64,000 bases of DNA, taken from the NCBI GenBank assembly GCA_035644115.1, contig DASQPE010000099.1, positions 319 through 64,318 on the forward strand. The letters run 5' to 3'. Within the stretch, counting starts at the first letter, position 1. Every line of letters starts with the position of its first letter. Made by a program: the position numbers and the translations under genes. Source of the stretch: Gemmatimonadales bacterium (lineage in GTDB: Bacteria; Gemmatimonadota; Gemmatimonadetes; Gemmatimonadales; GWC2-71-9). Of this stretch, positions 1 through 8,621 are shown piece after piece. Under the pieces are notes generated by a model. That model was given only the letters and a program-made list of their open reading frames with translations. It was not told the origin of the DNA and did not search any database.

Positions 1-432
1 GGCATCGTCAACGCTTACTACGACGTGATCAACGGCCCGCCGGGTGCTCCCCGGCAATGGCGGCGGGACAGCACCCTCTACATGCCCGCCGCGACTTTCG
101 TCAGCATGGGGGAGCGCGACGGGAAGCCGGTCGTCTCGGTGATGACCCCCGAGGAGTACCGCCGGGCGACCAACGCCTCGTTCGTAGAAAAGGGATTCTT
201 CGAGACCGAGATCGGCCACCGGATCGAGCGCTTCGGCAACGTTGCCCAGGTACGCAGCGTGTACGAGACGCGGCATGTGGCCAAGGGGCCGCTGCTGGGT
301 CGCGGGGTGAACTATCTGATGCTGTATTGGGACGGCGCTCGCTGGTGGATTTCCGGGGCGGTCTGGGATGACGAACGGCCGGGGACCCGGCTCCCCGCTT
401 CCTGGGTCGGGCGGAACGAGCGCGCGCCCTGA
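1..432 (+). CDS. NTF2-like (SnoaL/DUF4440-like) protein, 5' end cut by window edge
   Basis: Frame 1 is open from base 1 (GIVNAYYDVINGPP...) into track ORF 25..432. GC-rich third positions. The fold call rests only on my recognition of an NTF2-like sequence pattern. Confidence 0.45.
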   Translation, partial: GIVNAYYDVINGPPGAPRQWRRDSTLYMPAATFVSMGERDGKPVVSVMTPEEYRRATNASFVEKGFFETEIGHRIERFGNVAQVRSVYETRHVAKGPLLGRGVNYLMLYWDGARWWISGAVWDDERPGTRLPASWVGRNERAP

Positions 433-926
433 TGGGACCCGGCGGCGTGGGAGAGCCCCTGAGCTCCACGCGGCGCTGGGCGGCTCCGGTCCTGCTCGCG
501 ATGGCCATTCCGGGGTGCCACGCGCCGAGCGGCGGGCAAGCCCGCGCTGGTGACTTGACGGTGAGCCATGCGGTCGCGACGACGGCTCCCGGGCCCGGCT
601 CCCAGGCCTCGGCGTTCCTGGTCGTCGATAACCGTGGCGAAACGACGGTGACCCTCGTTGGGGTCCGCTCCCCGGCAGCCCGGACGGCCCAGCTTCACGC
701 CATCACCGGCGGCCGAATGCAGCCGGTCTCCCAGATCGCCGTGCCGGCGCGGGGCCGGCTCCTGCTGGTTCCGGGCCGGTATCACCTGATGCTCGACAGT
801 CTGATTCGCCCGCTGGCCCTGGGCGACAGCGTGCCGCTCGAATTGCAGTTCCAGCCCGCCGCGACCCTGAGCGTCCGGGCACCCGTCCTCCGCTACGGCG
901 ATGCCGTGAAGGATCTCCCCCAATGA
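432..926 (+). CDS. copper chaperone PCu(A)C (DUF461) family protein
   Basis: Track ORF with a signal-like N-terminus (WAAPVLLAMAIPGC). His/Met-rich PCu(A)C pattern LHAITGGRMQPV...PGRYHLMLDSL...GDSVPLELQF. The true start may lie downstream of 432. Confidence 0.8.
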   Translation: MGPGGVGEPLSSTRRWAAPVLLAMAIPGCHAPSGGQARAGDLTVSHAVATTAPGPGSQASAFLVVDNRGETTVTLVGVRSPAARTAQLHAITGGRMQPVSQIAVPARGRLLLVPGRYHLMLDSLIRPLALGDSVPLELQFQPAATLSVRAPVLRYGDAVKDLPQ

Positions 927-1063
927 GCTTCCGCAGTCTCGTGATACTCCTCGCGATCATCGGCGGCCTGCTCTGGTACTTCGGCAAGCCGCAGCAATGG
1001 TGGGAGTCGATGCAGCGGGCGGCCGGCCAGGTCCATGCGGCGCCCGCGGACTCGACTCCGTAA
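923..1063 (+). CDS. small single-helix membrane protein (46 aa)
   Basis: ORF below the track size cut-off, read by eye. ATG 923 overlaps the upstream stop (ATGA). Encodes MSFRSLVILLAIIGGLLWYFGKPQQWW..., ending at TAA 1061-1063. Confidence 0.35.
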   Translation: MSFRSLVILLAIIGGLLWYFGKPQQWWESMQRAAGQVHAAPADSTP

Positions 1064-1095
1064 GCCGGCGCCGGCCCGCACGCATGACCTGAAGG

Positions 1096-1584
1096 ATGTC
1101 ACTCGCTGGGGAGCTGCTGGTGGCCGCCGCCGTCCTGGGTCTGGGCGTTCCGTTCGCCCTCTCCGTTCTGCGCTTTCGGGCGGCATGGCAGGCCGTTGCT
1201 GCACACTATCCCTCCACCGATCGCCAGTCCCCCCTCAAACCCTCCGACCGGGTGCCCAACACCTACTGCGAGGTGCACATCGGCGCGCGCACGGCTGCCG
1301 CGCCGGGCTTCACGGTCGACGGTACGCCCGGCGGGTTCGCCCTGGCGCCTGGCCGGTGGCACGGCCCGCTGCCTACCTTGTGGATCCCATGGCCGGCGGT
1401 GACGCAGTGCGAGCTCAGTACCCGCACGGTGGGTCGCTTGATCGTGCATTGCGTCCGATTGCGGTTGGCGGAGGACCAGGAGTGGTGCCTGGTCGATTCG
1501 CCGGCAGGGGAGCGGCTCTACCGCTTCTGGCGCTCCGCCGGGACCGACGGGCCACGCAGACCACACCAGGAGAAATCGCCATGA
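1096..1584 (+). CDS. hypothetical membrane-anchored protein
   Basis: Track ORF with GC-rich third positions and an N-terminal hydrophobic helix (LLVAAAVLGLGVPFALSVL). Its stop overlaps the next start (ATGA at 1581-1584). Confidence 0.5.
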   Translation: MSLAGELLVAAAVLGLGVPFALSVLRFRAAWQAVAAHYPSTDRQSPLKPSDRVPNTYCEVHIGARTAAAPGFTVDGTPGGFALAPGRWHGPLPTLWIPWPAVTQCELSTRTVGRLIVHCVRLRLAEDQEWCLVDSPAGERLYRFWRSAGTDGPRRPHQEKSP

Positions 1585-1979
1585 TCACCGGCGCTCACTT
1601 CCTGCTCTACAGCAAGGACCCGGACGCGGACCGGGAGTTCTTTCGGGATGTGCTGGGCTTTCGCACTGTCGATGCGGGCGGAGGATGGCTGATTTTTGCC
1701 CTGCCCCCATCGGAGCTCGGCGTGCACCCGGCCACCGAGAGCTTCATACAACGCCACGCCGAGCACGATCTCCTGGGTACGGTGCTGTATCTGATGTGCG
1801 ACGATCTCCCGGCGACCGTAAAGACACTCGAGGCCAGGAGCATTCGCTGCACCGAGATTCTGAAGGCGGAATGGGGAATCACCACGACCGTTCGCTTGCC
1901 GAGCGGCGGACAGATCGGTCTTTACCAGCCAGGTCACCCGACCGCACTGGAGCTCCCCCGAACGCCCCTCAAACCGTGA
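1581..1979 (+). CDS. VOC (glyoxalase/bleomycin-resistance/dioxygenase) family protein
   Basis: C-terminal 132 aa of track ORF 1035..1979, starting at ATG 1581. MITGAHFLLYSKDPDADREFFRDVLGF...GGWLIF...GQIGLYQP is typical of the VOC fold. Confidence 0.8.
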   Translation: MITGAHFLLYSKDPDADREFFRDVLGFRTVDAGGGWLIFALPPSELGVHPATESFIQRHAEHDLLGTVLYLMCDDLPATVKTLEARSIRCTEILKAEWGITTTVRLPSGGQIGLYQPGHPTALELPRTPLKP

Positions 1980-1999
1980 TCGAGTCCTAGAGGCACCCC

Positions 2000-2473
2000 A
2001 TGCTCCGTTTCGTGTCGCGAGCCGAACAGCTCGTCGTCCGCGTGCTCATGGTGCTGCTCCTGATCGCCATCGTGCTCGGCACATTCGCGCTCGGCCGGGT
2101 GCTGTTTCTCGAGATCATCGAGCCCCCGCTATTGCTGCTCGAGGTCGACAAACTGTTCGAGGCGTTCGGCCTGTTTGTCGTCGTGCTGATCGGCCTCGAG
2201 CTGCTGAAGTCGATGGCGCTGTTCATCATCGAGGAGCGAGTCGAGCCGAGGCTGGTGGTCGAGGTGGCGATCATCGCGCTGTGCAACAAGGTGATCACGC
2301 TCGACCTGAAGCACACCGACGGCGTCTCTCTGGTGGGGATCGCCGCAATATTTGTCGGCCTGGCGGCGACCTATTTCGTGGTCCAGCGAGCCGACCGCAC
2401 GATCGCGGAATACGAGCAGCGACGCACCGCCGAATGGCGGGCCACCCAAGCCGCGAAGAAACCCGGCTCCTGA
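2000..2473 (+). CDS. PsiE-family (phosphate-starvation-inducible E-like) membrane protein
   Basis: Track ORF with four hydrophobic segments. The pattern ...LFEAFGLFVVVLIGLELLKS...VVEVAIIALCNKVI... resembles the PsiE family. Confidence 0.65.
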   Translation: MLRFVSRAEQLVVRVLMVLLLIAIVLGTFALGRVLFLEIIEPPLLLLEVDKLFEAFGLFVVVLIGLELLKSMALFIIEERVEPRLVVEVAIIALCNKVITLDLKHTDGVSLVGIAAIFVGLAATYFVVQRADRTIAEYEQRRTAEWRATQAAKKPGS

Positions 2474-2492
2474 CGCCCGCCGAGACCGCCCT

Positions 2493-3047
2493 GTGCCGTC
2501 CGCCTTCTCCCACGCTGTCGCCGCCCTTGGCATCGGGGCCTGCTTCTACCGGCCCGAAGTTCCCAAACGGGTGTGGGTATTGGGGGCCGCGTGCGCCGCG
2601 CTCCCGGACCTCGACGTGATCGGGTTTCGATTTGGCATCGCGTACGGCGACATGCTGGGCCACCGCGGACTCAGCCACTCCTTGGCATTTGCCGCCGCGC
2701 TCGCCGCTGCCGTGGTCGGGCTCGGCTTTCGTCGCGGCGTGCCCGGACTGCGGGCCCGAACGCTCTGGGCGTATTTCTTTCTGGCCACCGCATCCCACGG
2801 GTTTCTCGACGCGTTCACCGATGGAGGCATGGGCGTAGCCTTCTTCGCCCCGATCGACAACACCCGCTACTTCTTTCCGATCCGCCCCATCCACGTGTCG
2901 CCGCTCATGCCCCGCTACTTCCTGAGCGCGCGCGGCTGGGCCGCGCTCAGGAGCGAGCTCCCCTGGGTCTGGCTGCCGTCGGCGGTCCTGGCCATGCTTG
3001 CCTTCGCATGGCGCCGAATCCGCCGGCCGGGGCTGAGCGGCGCGTGA
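2493..3047 (+). CDS. membrane-bound metal-dependent hydrolase, YdjM/DUF457 family
   Basis: GTG 2493 is in frame with track ORF 2352..3047. Motifs FSHAV, LPDLDV, GHRGLSHSL and HGFLDAFTDGG are typical of this family. Confidence 0.75.
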   Translation: MPSAFSHAVAALGIGACFYRPEVPKRVWVLGAACAALPDLDVIGFRFGIAYGDMLGHRGLSHSLAFAAALAAAVVGLGFRRGVPGLRARTLWAYFFLATASHGFLDAFTDGGMGVAFFAPIDNTRYFFPIRPIHVSPLMPRYFLSARGWAALRSELPWVWLPSAVLAMLAFAWRRIRRPGLSGA

Positions 3048-3113
3048 GTGCCCCATTTTGCCATTGCACCGTCCCATCTCTAGATTTCCGGGAACGTCGT
3101 CGCGAGCTATCCG

Positions 3114-3299
3114 ATGAAGGGCAAGATCTCCACTCGACTGGAACTGATTCTGAGGGACGAAGACGCCCGGTCCCAGCTGCGCAAGCAGCTCATTCTGGGA
3201 CGGGACGGCGAGATCCGGGTCAATGGCCGGGTCTTTCGCCTTCGGCTCGACAATGCGACGCCAACCAGGAAGGGTGCTCTCCCGAGGATGATCGCGTGA
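3114..3299 (+). CDS. hypothetical small protein (61 aa)
   Basis: Track ORF with mostly G/C third positions and no recognisable domain. It sits 10 nt upstream of the next gene. Confidence 0.4.
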   Translation: MKGKISTRLELILRDEDARSQLRKQLILGRDGEIRVNGRVFRLRLDNATPTRKGALPRMIA

Positions 3300-3309
3300 A
3301 GTAGGGCCG

Positions 3310-4116
3310 ATGAACTTTGCGTTCCCGGCTCTCCTCGCGTTTCTCCTGCTCCTCCCCGGAATCATTCTCCGCTACACCTACGCTCGCGGCGCGTGGGGCT
3401 GGGCCAGCCCGACCTCTCTGCGGCGCATCACTGACGAGCTGGCCTACGGCGTCATCTTTTCCATCCCACTGCACACCGGCTGGCTCGAGCTCGCGGCGGC
3501 CCTCGGGTTTCCGGCCGACGTCCGCGCTCCGCTCGCGCTGCTGGCGGGCAATTTCGGACAGGGTAACTCCCTCCTCGCGCCGAGCCTCCGGGCGATCTCT
3601 GAGCACTACCCATCAGTCGCCGCTTATTTCATCTCTCTGTACGGCGCCTCCGCCGTTCTGGGCAACCTTGCCCACCGGACCGTCCGGAAGCTCAGACTCG
3701 ACCACCGGACCAAGACCTTTCGCTTCGACAACTACTGGTACTACATGCTCACCGGCGAGGTCCTCCGGTTCCGTGAGAACGCCGAGGGTGAGGAGCCCGA
3801 CGGCGTGTACCTCTCCGCCGTGGTTGCCCATTCGGGCGTGAGCTATCTGTATCGCGGCATCGTGACCGATTTCACCTTTGATGGCGACGGAGCGCTCGAC
3901 ACGGTCGTGCTCAGCGACGCCCACCGGCGCGCGCTGTCGGACGATCGCGCGGCGTCAGAGGAGCCGGTCCCGTCCTACCAGGAAGACCCCCGCTATTACA
4001 ACGTGCGCGGCGACTTCCTCATCCTGCGCTACGCCGAGATGCAGACGCTCAACCTGGATTATTTCTGGCTGGGCGAAGCCGACGGGGAGGCTGCGCCCGA
4101 ACTGGCCCAGGAATGA
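3310..4116 (+). CDS. hypothetical membrane protein with soluble C-terminal domain
   Basis: Track ORF. N-terminal hydrophobic segments (FAFPALLAFLLLLPGIIL; VAAYFISLYGASAVLGNL) are followed by a charged, aromatic-rich domain (FRFDNYWYYMLTGE...). I do not recognise the family. Confidence 0.6.
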   Translation: MNFAFPALLAFLLLLPGIILRYTYARGAWGWASPTSLRRITDELAYGVIFSIPLHTGWLELAAALGFPADVRAPLALLAGNFGQGNSLLAPSLRAISEHYPSVAAYFISLYGASAVLGNLAHRTVRKLRLDHRTKTFRFDNYWYYMLTGEVLRFRENAEGEEPDGVYLSAVVAHSGVSYLYRGIVTDFTFDGDGALDTVVLSDAHRRALSDDRAASEEPVPSYQEDPRYYNVRGDFLILRYAEMQTLNLDYFWLGEADGEAAPELAQE

Positions 4117-4574
4117 ACCGACTCGATGCGCTGAGCCGGGTCCTCGCGGCCGAGCTTCCAGTGACCCAGCACCTCGGGATCGTGGTCGAGAGCGAGGACG
4201 AGCATGGGCTGGTGTTGGGCCTGCCACTCGGACCCAACCGGAATCACCAGGGTGGGATTTTCGCGGGCAGCCTCAACGCCGCGGCGACGCTCACGGGTTG
4301 GGCCGTCCTCTGGCTGGCGCTGCGTCGGACTGACATGGAGGCGGTCGTGGTGATCCAGGACAGCACGATCGAGTACCTGAGGCCGGTCGCGGAGGATTGC
4401 CAGGCCCGCTGCGACTGGCCCGAAGCGAACGCGCTCGACCGGTTTCTGGAGACCCTGAAGCGCCATCACCGGGCGCGCTTGTCCCTGGTCGTGGAAGTCG
4501 TGGCCGCCGGCCGCCTGGTCGCCAGCTTTGCCGGTCGCTATGTCGCCCTCCGCCCGCGACCGGCGCCCTCCTGA
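4113..4574 (+). CDS. YiiD C-terminal-type putative thioesterase (hotdog fold)
   Basis: Track ORF with an ATGA overlap with the upstream stop. LGLPLGPNRNHQGGIFAGSLNAAATLTGWAVLWLAL matches the YiiD_C/DUF4442-like pattern. Confidence 0.7.
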   Translation: MNRLDALSRVLAAELPVTQHLGIVVESEDEHGLVLGLPLGPNRNHQGGIFAGSLNAAATLTGWAVLWLALRRTDMEAVVVIQDSTIEYLRPVAEDCQARCDWPEANALDRFLETLKRHHRARLSLVVEVVAAGRLVASFAGRYVALRPRPAPS

Positions 4575-5452
4575 TGCAAGTCGAGCTGCTCCTCGTTCCC
4601 TACGACTCGGCCCGCCGGGGCGAGCGCCTGGGCGCGGGACCCGAGCACCTGCTTGCCGGTGGGCTGGGTGCTGAGCTGGCGCGGGCGGGCCATCCCGTCG
4701 TCCGCACGGTTCTGGTCGAGCCGCCTCCGGGTTGGGTAGCCGAGATTCGCACCGCCTTCGGGTTGATCAGCGCGCTCGCGGTTGCCGTGCGGACCGCTCG
4801 CGCGGCCGGACATTTCCCGCTGGTCCTGGCCGGTAACTGCAACACCTGCGTCGGAACTGTCGCCGGGCTTGGCGGCGGCGGGCGGACCGGCGTCCTGTGG
4901 TTCGACGCGCACGGCGACTTCAACACACCTGAGACGACCACGAGCGGGTTTCTGGACGGAATGGGCCTGGCCACGCTCACCGGCCGGTGCTGGAACGCGA
5001 TGGCGCGCGCGGTGCCCGGCTTCATCCCGGTCCCCGAATCGGCGGCCTGCCTGCTCGGCGCGCGGGATATCGATCCGTTGGAAGCTGACGAGATTGCCCG
5101 CTCCGAGTTGCGCACGCTCGCGCCGGCGAGGATCGCGTCGGACCTCCCCGCCGTGTTGGGAGCGATGCGCGCTCAGGTCACCCGCGCGTACCTGCACCTC
5201 GATCTTGATGTGCTGGACCCGGGCGAAGGCCGCGCCAACGAGCTCGCGGTGGACGGCGGCCTTTCTCTCCCGGCGCTCCAGCAGGCGATCGGCGACATCG
5301 GCCGAGCGCTACCGATCGAGGCGGCCGCGATCACGGCTTACGACCCGGCGTTCGATGGCGACGGCCGGATCCGGGCAGCCGCGATTGCGCTCGCGCAGAC
5401 CATCGTCAGCGCAGCCGCCCGGCAGCCCAGTCAGGCGCCCGGTTTGTTGTAG
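4574..5452 (+). CDS. arginase/agmatinase/formiminoglutamase (ureohydrolase) family protein
   Basis: ATG 4574 is in frame with track ORF 4397..5452. Motifs FDAHGDFNTPETTTSGFLDGM and LHLDLDVLDP are the Mn-binding signatures of this family. The substrate cannot be assigned. Confidence 0.85.
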   Translation: MQVELLLVPYDSARRGERLGAGPEHLLAGGLGAELARAGHPVVRTVLVEPPPGWVAEIRTAFGLISALAVAVRTARAAGHFPLVLAGNCNTCVGTVAGLGGGGRTGVLWFDAHGDFNTPETTTSGFLDGMGLATLTGRCWNAMARAVPGFIPVPESAACLLGARDIDPLEADEIARSELRTLAPARIASDLPAVLGAMRAQVTRAYLHLDLDVLDPGEGRANELAVDGGLSLPALQQAIGDIGRALPIEAAAITAYDPAFDGDGRIRAAAIALAQTIVSAAARQPSQAPGLL

Positions 5453-5826
5453 TAGAACTGCTCGTGGACGATCTTCCCGTCCTTCACCGTGTACAGCGCC
5501 ATTTCGGTCATCTGGAACCGCTGCCCGGTGGGCTTGAACGTCGTGTCGTAGCTGTAGTGCACCGCAAACTGGCCGCCCTCCCCGACGAACGGGCCGTTCA
5601 CCTCGGCGGCATGCACCTCGTTGTTCTCGAACCACCACTCGTTCTTGCCCTTGATGGCGTCGATGCCGTTCATCTCGGCCGGCATGCTCTCGTCGCCTAC
5701 CGGTTCGATACTGACGATTTTAGGCGAATAGAGCCGGCTGATGGCGTCGAGGTTCCGCCCGGCGCGACATAGCGCGACGAGCTCCTGTGCGAGAGCGGCG
5801 GTGGTTGCAGGGGCGGCGGTAGCCAT
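5431..5826 (-). CDS. SnoaL-like / NTF2 family protein
   Basis: Track ORF. AAGGAG-like sequence lies upstream of the ATG (forward ...ctccttgg at 5833-5840). Shows an NTF2-like beta-sheet pattern (MALYTVKDGKIVHEQFYY). Confidence 0.7.
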   Translation of the reverse strand: MATAAPATTAALAQELVALCRAGRNLDAISRLYSPKIVSIEPVGDESMPAEMNGIDAIKGKNEWWFENNEVHAAEVNGPFVGEGGQFAVHYSYDTTFKPTGQRFQMTEMALYTVKDGKIVHEQFYYNKPGA

Positions 5827-5922
5827 ACGTATCTCCTTGGTTGGGTAGCCTGCTTCATATTAGCGCGGCCTCCCCGATATGCCACGCCACACTTTGGTAA
5901 CGGGAGCCGGTGCAGCGCCCTC

Positions 5923-6798
5923 ATGGAGGTCTCGATTCGCAACTACGGAGCGTGGCACCGGCTCTCCGAGCAGGTGCAGCGGATCCTGATGCCGACCGAT
6001 TGGCCGGCCCGCCTCGCGGTCGCGCTCGGCGCACGCACCGACGTCCAAGTGGAGCGCCACGACCTCACCCTGAGCGATCCGCTGGGGGATGGGTCCACGC
6101 TCCGCATCGCCTTCGCCGCCGACTTCCACGCCGGACCGACCACCTCCTCTGAGGTGCTGCGGAGCGCGGCGCGGGCATTGGAGGCGGAAGCGGCGGATCT
6201 GCTCCTGCTGGGGGGCGACTTCGTGTCCCTGCGCCCCGAGCACGTGGACCGGGTAGCTCCCCTGCTGGCCGGGATCCCCGCTCCACTGGGCCGCTATGCC
6301 GTTCTGGGCAATCATGATTACTGGGCAGGCGCCGACCGGGTCGCCAACGGCTTGAGCGCCGCCGGCATCGAGGTGCTCACCAATCGCTGCGTCCGGCTGC
6401 CGGCTCCGTTCGGCGGGGTGAGCCTGTGCGGGCTGGATGATCACGGTTCGGGTCGGCCCGACGCCGCCGCCGCGCTCTCGGGCGCCGGCCCGGTGAAGCT
6501 GGTCCTGATGCACGCTCCCTCGAGCTTGCTCGACCTCGGCCCGCGGCCCTTCTCGGTCGCCTTCTGCGGCCACACTCACGGCGGACAGATCGCACTGCCC
6601 GGCGGGCGCCCCCTCGTCGTCGCCCATGGCGCCCTTTCCCGTCGCTACAGTCAAGGGCGACACGATCTTGCGCCAGGCAGGACTCTGCTGGTGAGCCGCG
6701 GAATCGGCTGCACGGCGATTCCCCTTCGGCTCAACTCGCCCTCCGCCATCCTCGTGTGCACCTTGCGGGGCGCGATCGCCGGCGGCAAGGGTGCGTAG
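5923..6798 (+). CDS. metallophosphoesterase (YaeI-like)
   Basis: Track ORF with the calcineurin-like phosphoesterase motifs DFHAG, GGDF, GNHDYW and GHTHGGQ. Confidence 0.85.
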   Translation: MEVSIRNYGAWHRLSEQVQRILMPTDWPARLAVALGARTDVQVERHDLTLSDPLGDGSTLRIAFAADFHAGPTTSSEVLRSAARALEAEAADLLLLGGDFVSLRPEHVDRVAPLLAGIPAPLGRYAVLGNHDYWAGADRVANGLSAAGIEVLTNRCVRLPAPFGGVSLCGLDDHGSGRPDAAAALSGAGPVKLVLMHAPSSLLDLGPRPFSVAFCGHTHGGQIALPGGRPLVVAHGALSRRYSQGRHDLAPGRTLLVSRGIGCTAIPLRLNSPSAILVCTLRGAIAGGKGA

Positions 6799-6901
6799 CC
6801 CGACCCCACTGCTGGTGACCGATGGCCAGTGTCGGCCGCTCTGGCATCCGCCGCCAGGCGCTCCGATATTTGCCTTTCCTGCTCGCGGCTCGGAGGAAGT
6901 G

Positions 6902-7666
6902 ATGCGCCTCACCAAGGTCCTGGGTGTTTTATGCGTTGCCGCCGCGCTCGCGTTCACCGCAGCGGACGCCCCGGCGCTGATTCAGGATCCGAGCGGCGCG
7001 TCGCTTCAGCAACCCGCTATCGAACGCAGCTCGCCCGAGCACGGGCCCACCCCGTGGCGCGACCTGATCGGGCTCCCCGTCGCCGCGGCGCTGGGCGCGG
7101 CGCTCGCCTTCCGACCGGTGCGCCGGGGAACGCCGGCCCGCGACCCTGCCGTGATTCAAACCCAGATCGTGCTGGCGGTGGTCGGTGCGTTGATCATGAT
7201 GGTGGTCGGCGCCAGCCTCGCGAGAGCGTTCGGCATTCTCGGCGCAGCCAACCTGGTCCGCTATCGAGCCAAGATCGGCGATCCGAAGGATGCCGCCGTC
7301 ATGCTGGTCGCCCTGGCGGTCGGCCTCGCGTCGGGCATCGGCCTGTATTACCCCGCCGCGGTGGCCACGGCGTTCATCCTGCTTCTTCTGTGGGCGCTCG
7401 AGTCGATCGAGCCGGCCCCGGTCAAGATCTTCGAGCTGAAGGTCAAGGGCGACGCGGTCGCCGACATCCGGTCCCGGGTCGAACAGCTGCTGCGCGACCA
7501 GCATCTCAGCTACGACCTTCGCACGACGGGCCAGGAGGAGCTGAGCTATCAGATCACCTTCCCGGCCCGGCGACGGACCAATCGGCTCGCAGCCGCCGTT
7601 CTCGCGCTCGACCCGGATCGCCAGGTCACGGTCGAGCTCGACCCGGTGAAGAAAAAGAAGTCGTAG
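6902..7666 (+). CDS. DUF4956 (MgtC-like) membrane protein with C-terminal soluble domain
   Basis: ATG 6902 is in frame with track ORF 6791..7666. Signal-like start MRLTKVLGVLCVAAALAF. Core VRYRAKIGDPKDAAVMLVALAVGLASGIG resembles DUF4956. Confidence 0.7.
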   Translation: MRLTKVLGVLCVAAALAFTAADAPALIQDPSGASLQQPAIERSSPEHGPTPWRDLIGLPVAAALGAALAFRPVRRGTPARDPAVIQTQIVLAVVGALIMMVVGASLARAFGILGAANLVRYRAKIGDPKDAAVMLVALAVGLASGIGLYYPAAVATAFILLLLWALESIEPAPVKIFELKVKGDAVADIRSRVEQLLRDQHLSYDLRTTGQEELSYQITFPARRRTNRLAAAVLALDPDRQVTVELDPVKKKKS

Positions 7667-7681
7667 GAACTGGGCGGAGCC

Positions 7682-8200
7682 GTGCCGCTGAACCCGCGCC
7701 GGGAATTACCCCGGCCCGCGATCTACCTCGACTCATCCGTGATCCGGAGTGCCGTGTCGGGTGACATGCGCCCGCGCGATCGGGCAGCCGTGTGCCGGCT
7801 CGCCGCGATGGTGAGCGAGAACCTGATGACGTTCTATGCGGCGGCTGGTGCGAGGGATGAGATCGATCGGATCCCGCCGCGGTGCCGGGCGGAATATCCC
7901 CGGGAGTACGCCGCGCTCCAGATCTTTGGGGCGGCGCCGTCCGGGTGGTTGGACGCCGAGCTGGTTGCGCCCCTGGGCGAGAGCCCGGAGTATGTCACCC
8001 TGCGGCGCATTCTGGGCGAGGGGTGCGATGCCCCGTCGCTGTTCCGCGCGCGAGTCGCAGGGGTGCGCGACGTGGTCGCGGCCGAGTCGAGCATAGTGCT
8101 CGAGCGGGCCCGCGAGCTCGGGGCACAGCTGGAGCTCCGGGTGTTCCGCCCCGCCGACTATCTCTCACGCTGGTCAACCCAATTGCAGCTGCCCGGCTGA
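7682..8200 (+). CDS. hypothetical protein, possibly PIN-like
   Basis: Track ORF with a GTG start. The N-terminal strand AIYLDSSVI plus later acidic residues (ARDEID) is reminiscent of PIN nucleases. This is a weak, unverified resemblance. Confidence 0.4.
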   Translation: MPLNPRRELPRPAIYLDSSVIRSAVSGDMRPRDRAAVCRLAAMVSENLMTFYAAAGARDEIDRIPPRCRAEYPREYAALQIFGAAPSGWLDAELVAPLGESPEYVTLRRILGEGCDAPSLFRARVAGVRDVVAAESSIVLERARELGAQLELRVFRPADYLSRWSTQLQLPG

Positions 8201-8275
8201 GCCGCCGGGGGGCGGAGCTGGGACCCACTAGTGCTGCGGCATGCGCAGCACGCCAGTGGGCCCCCGCCGTCGTGA

Positions 8276-8476
8276 CTAGTGCTTTTTGCTGGTGTCTGCT
8301 GGGTTGGCGCCCTGCATCTTGGTCGTGTCCATTGGCGCCATTTGTGGGGTCGCGGCGCTATCCGCGCTCGCCTTGGAGCCGGTTTCCACATCGGCGCCGC
8401 CGGGGGCTCCCGCGGTCCGCCGCTGACACGCTGCCATTACCATGACCAGTGCAAGGCCTGCTACGAGCATCCTCAT
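8276..8476 (-). CDS. small lipoprotein (66 aa)
   Basis: Track ORF with a GGAGG 6 nt upstream of the ATG. Signal peptide plus lipobox MRMLVAGLALVMVMAAC. Confidence 0.5.
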   Translation of the reverse strand: MRMLVAGLALVMVMAACQRRTAGAPGGADVETGSKASADSAATPQMAPMDTTKMQGANPADTSKKH

Positions 8477-8621
8477 ACGAACCTCCGGGTCTGGGCCCAG
8501 TACGCTCTGCCAGAGCTCGGTCAGAAGTCAAAAAAACACCGCGCATGCCCCCCAATCGTCGGGGTTGAGGTAACCACGGTGCGGTGACGCGTCTCACGCG
8601 GCGCCGTCTCTGGGCGGATGC

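Noticed and set aside
2295-3365. 356-aa minus-strand ORF, and similar long antisense ORFs at 5860..6957, 8977..10239, 10676..11746, 15493..16737 and 21431..22468
   Set aside because: All are Arg/Gly/Pro/Ala-rich low-complexity translations lying antisense to genes with clear family signatures. This is the expected shadow-ORF pattern in high-GC DNA.
4397-4573. N-terminal extensions of track ORFs 4397..5452, 1035..1979, 2352..3047, 6791..7666, 13333..14007, 13934..14614, 20090..21085 and 23999..24889
   Set aside because: The extended parts overlap the preceding gene in another frame and are Arg/Pro-rich. Internal ATG or GTG starts give family-typical N-termini, often with ATGA/GTGA coupling or a Shine-Dalgarno-like sequence.
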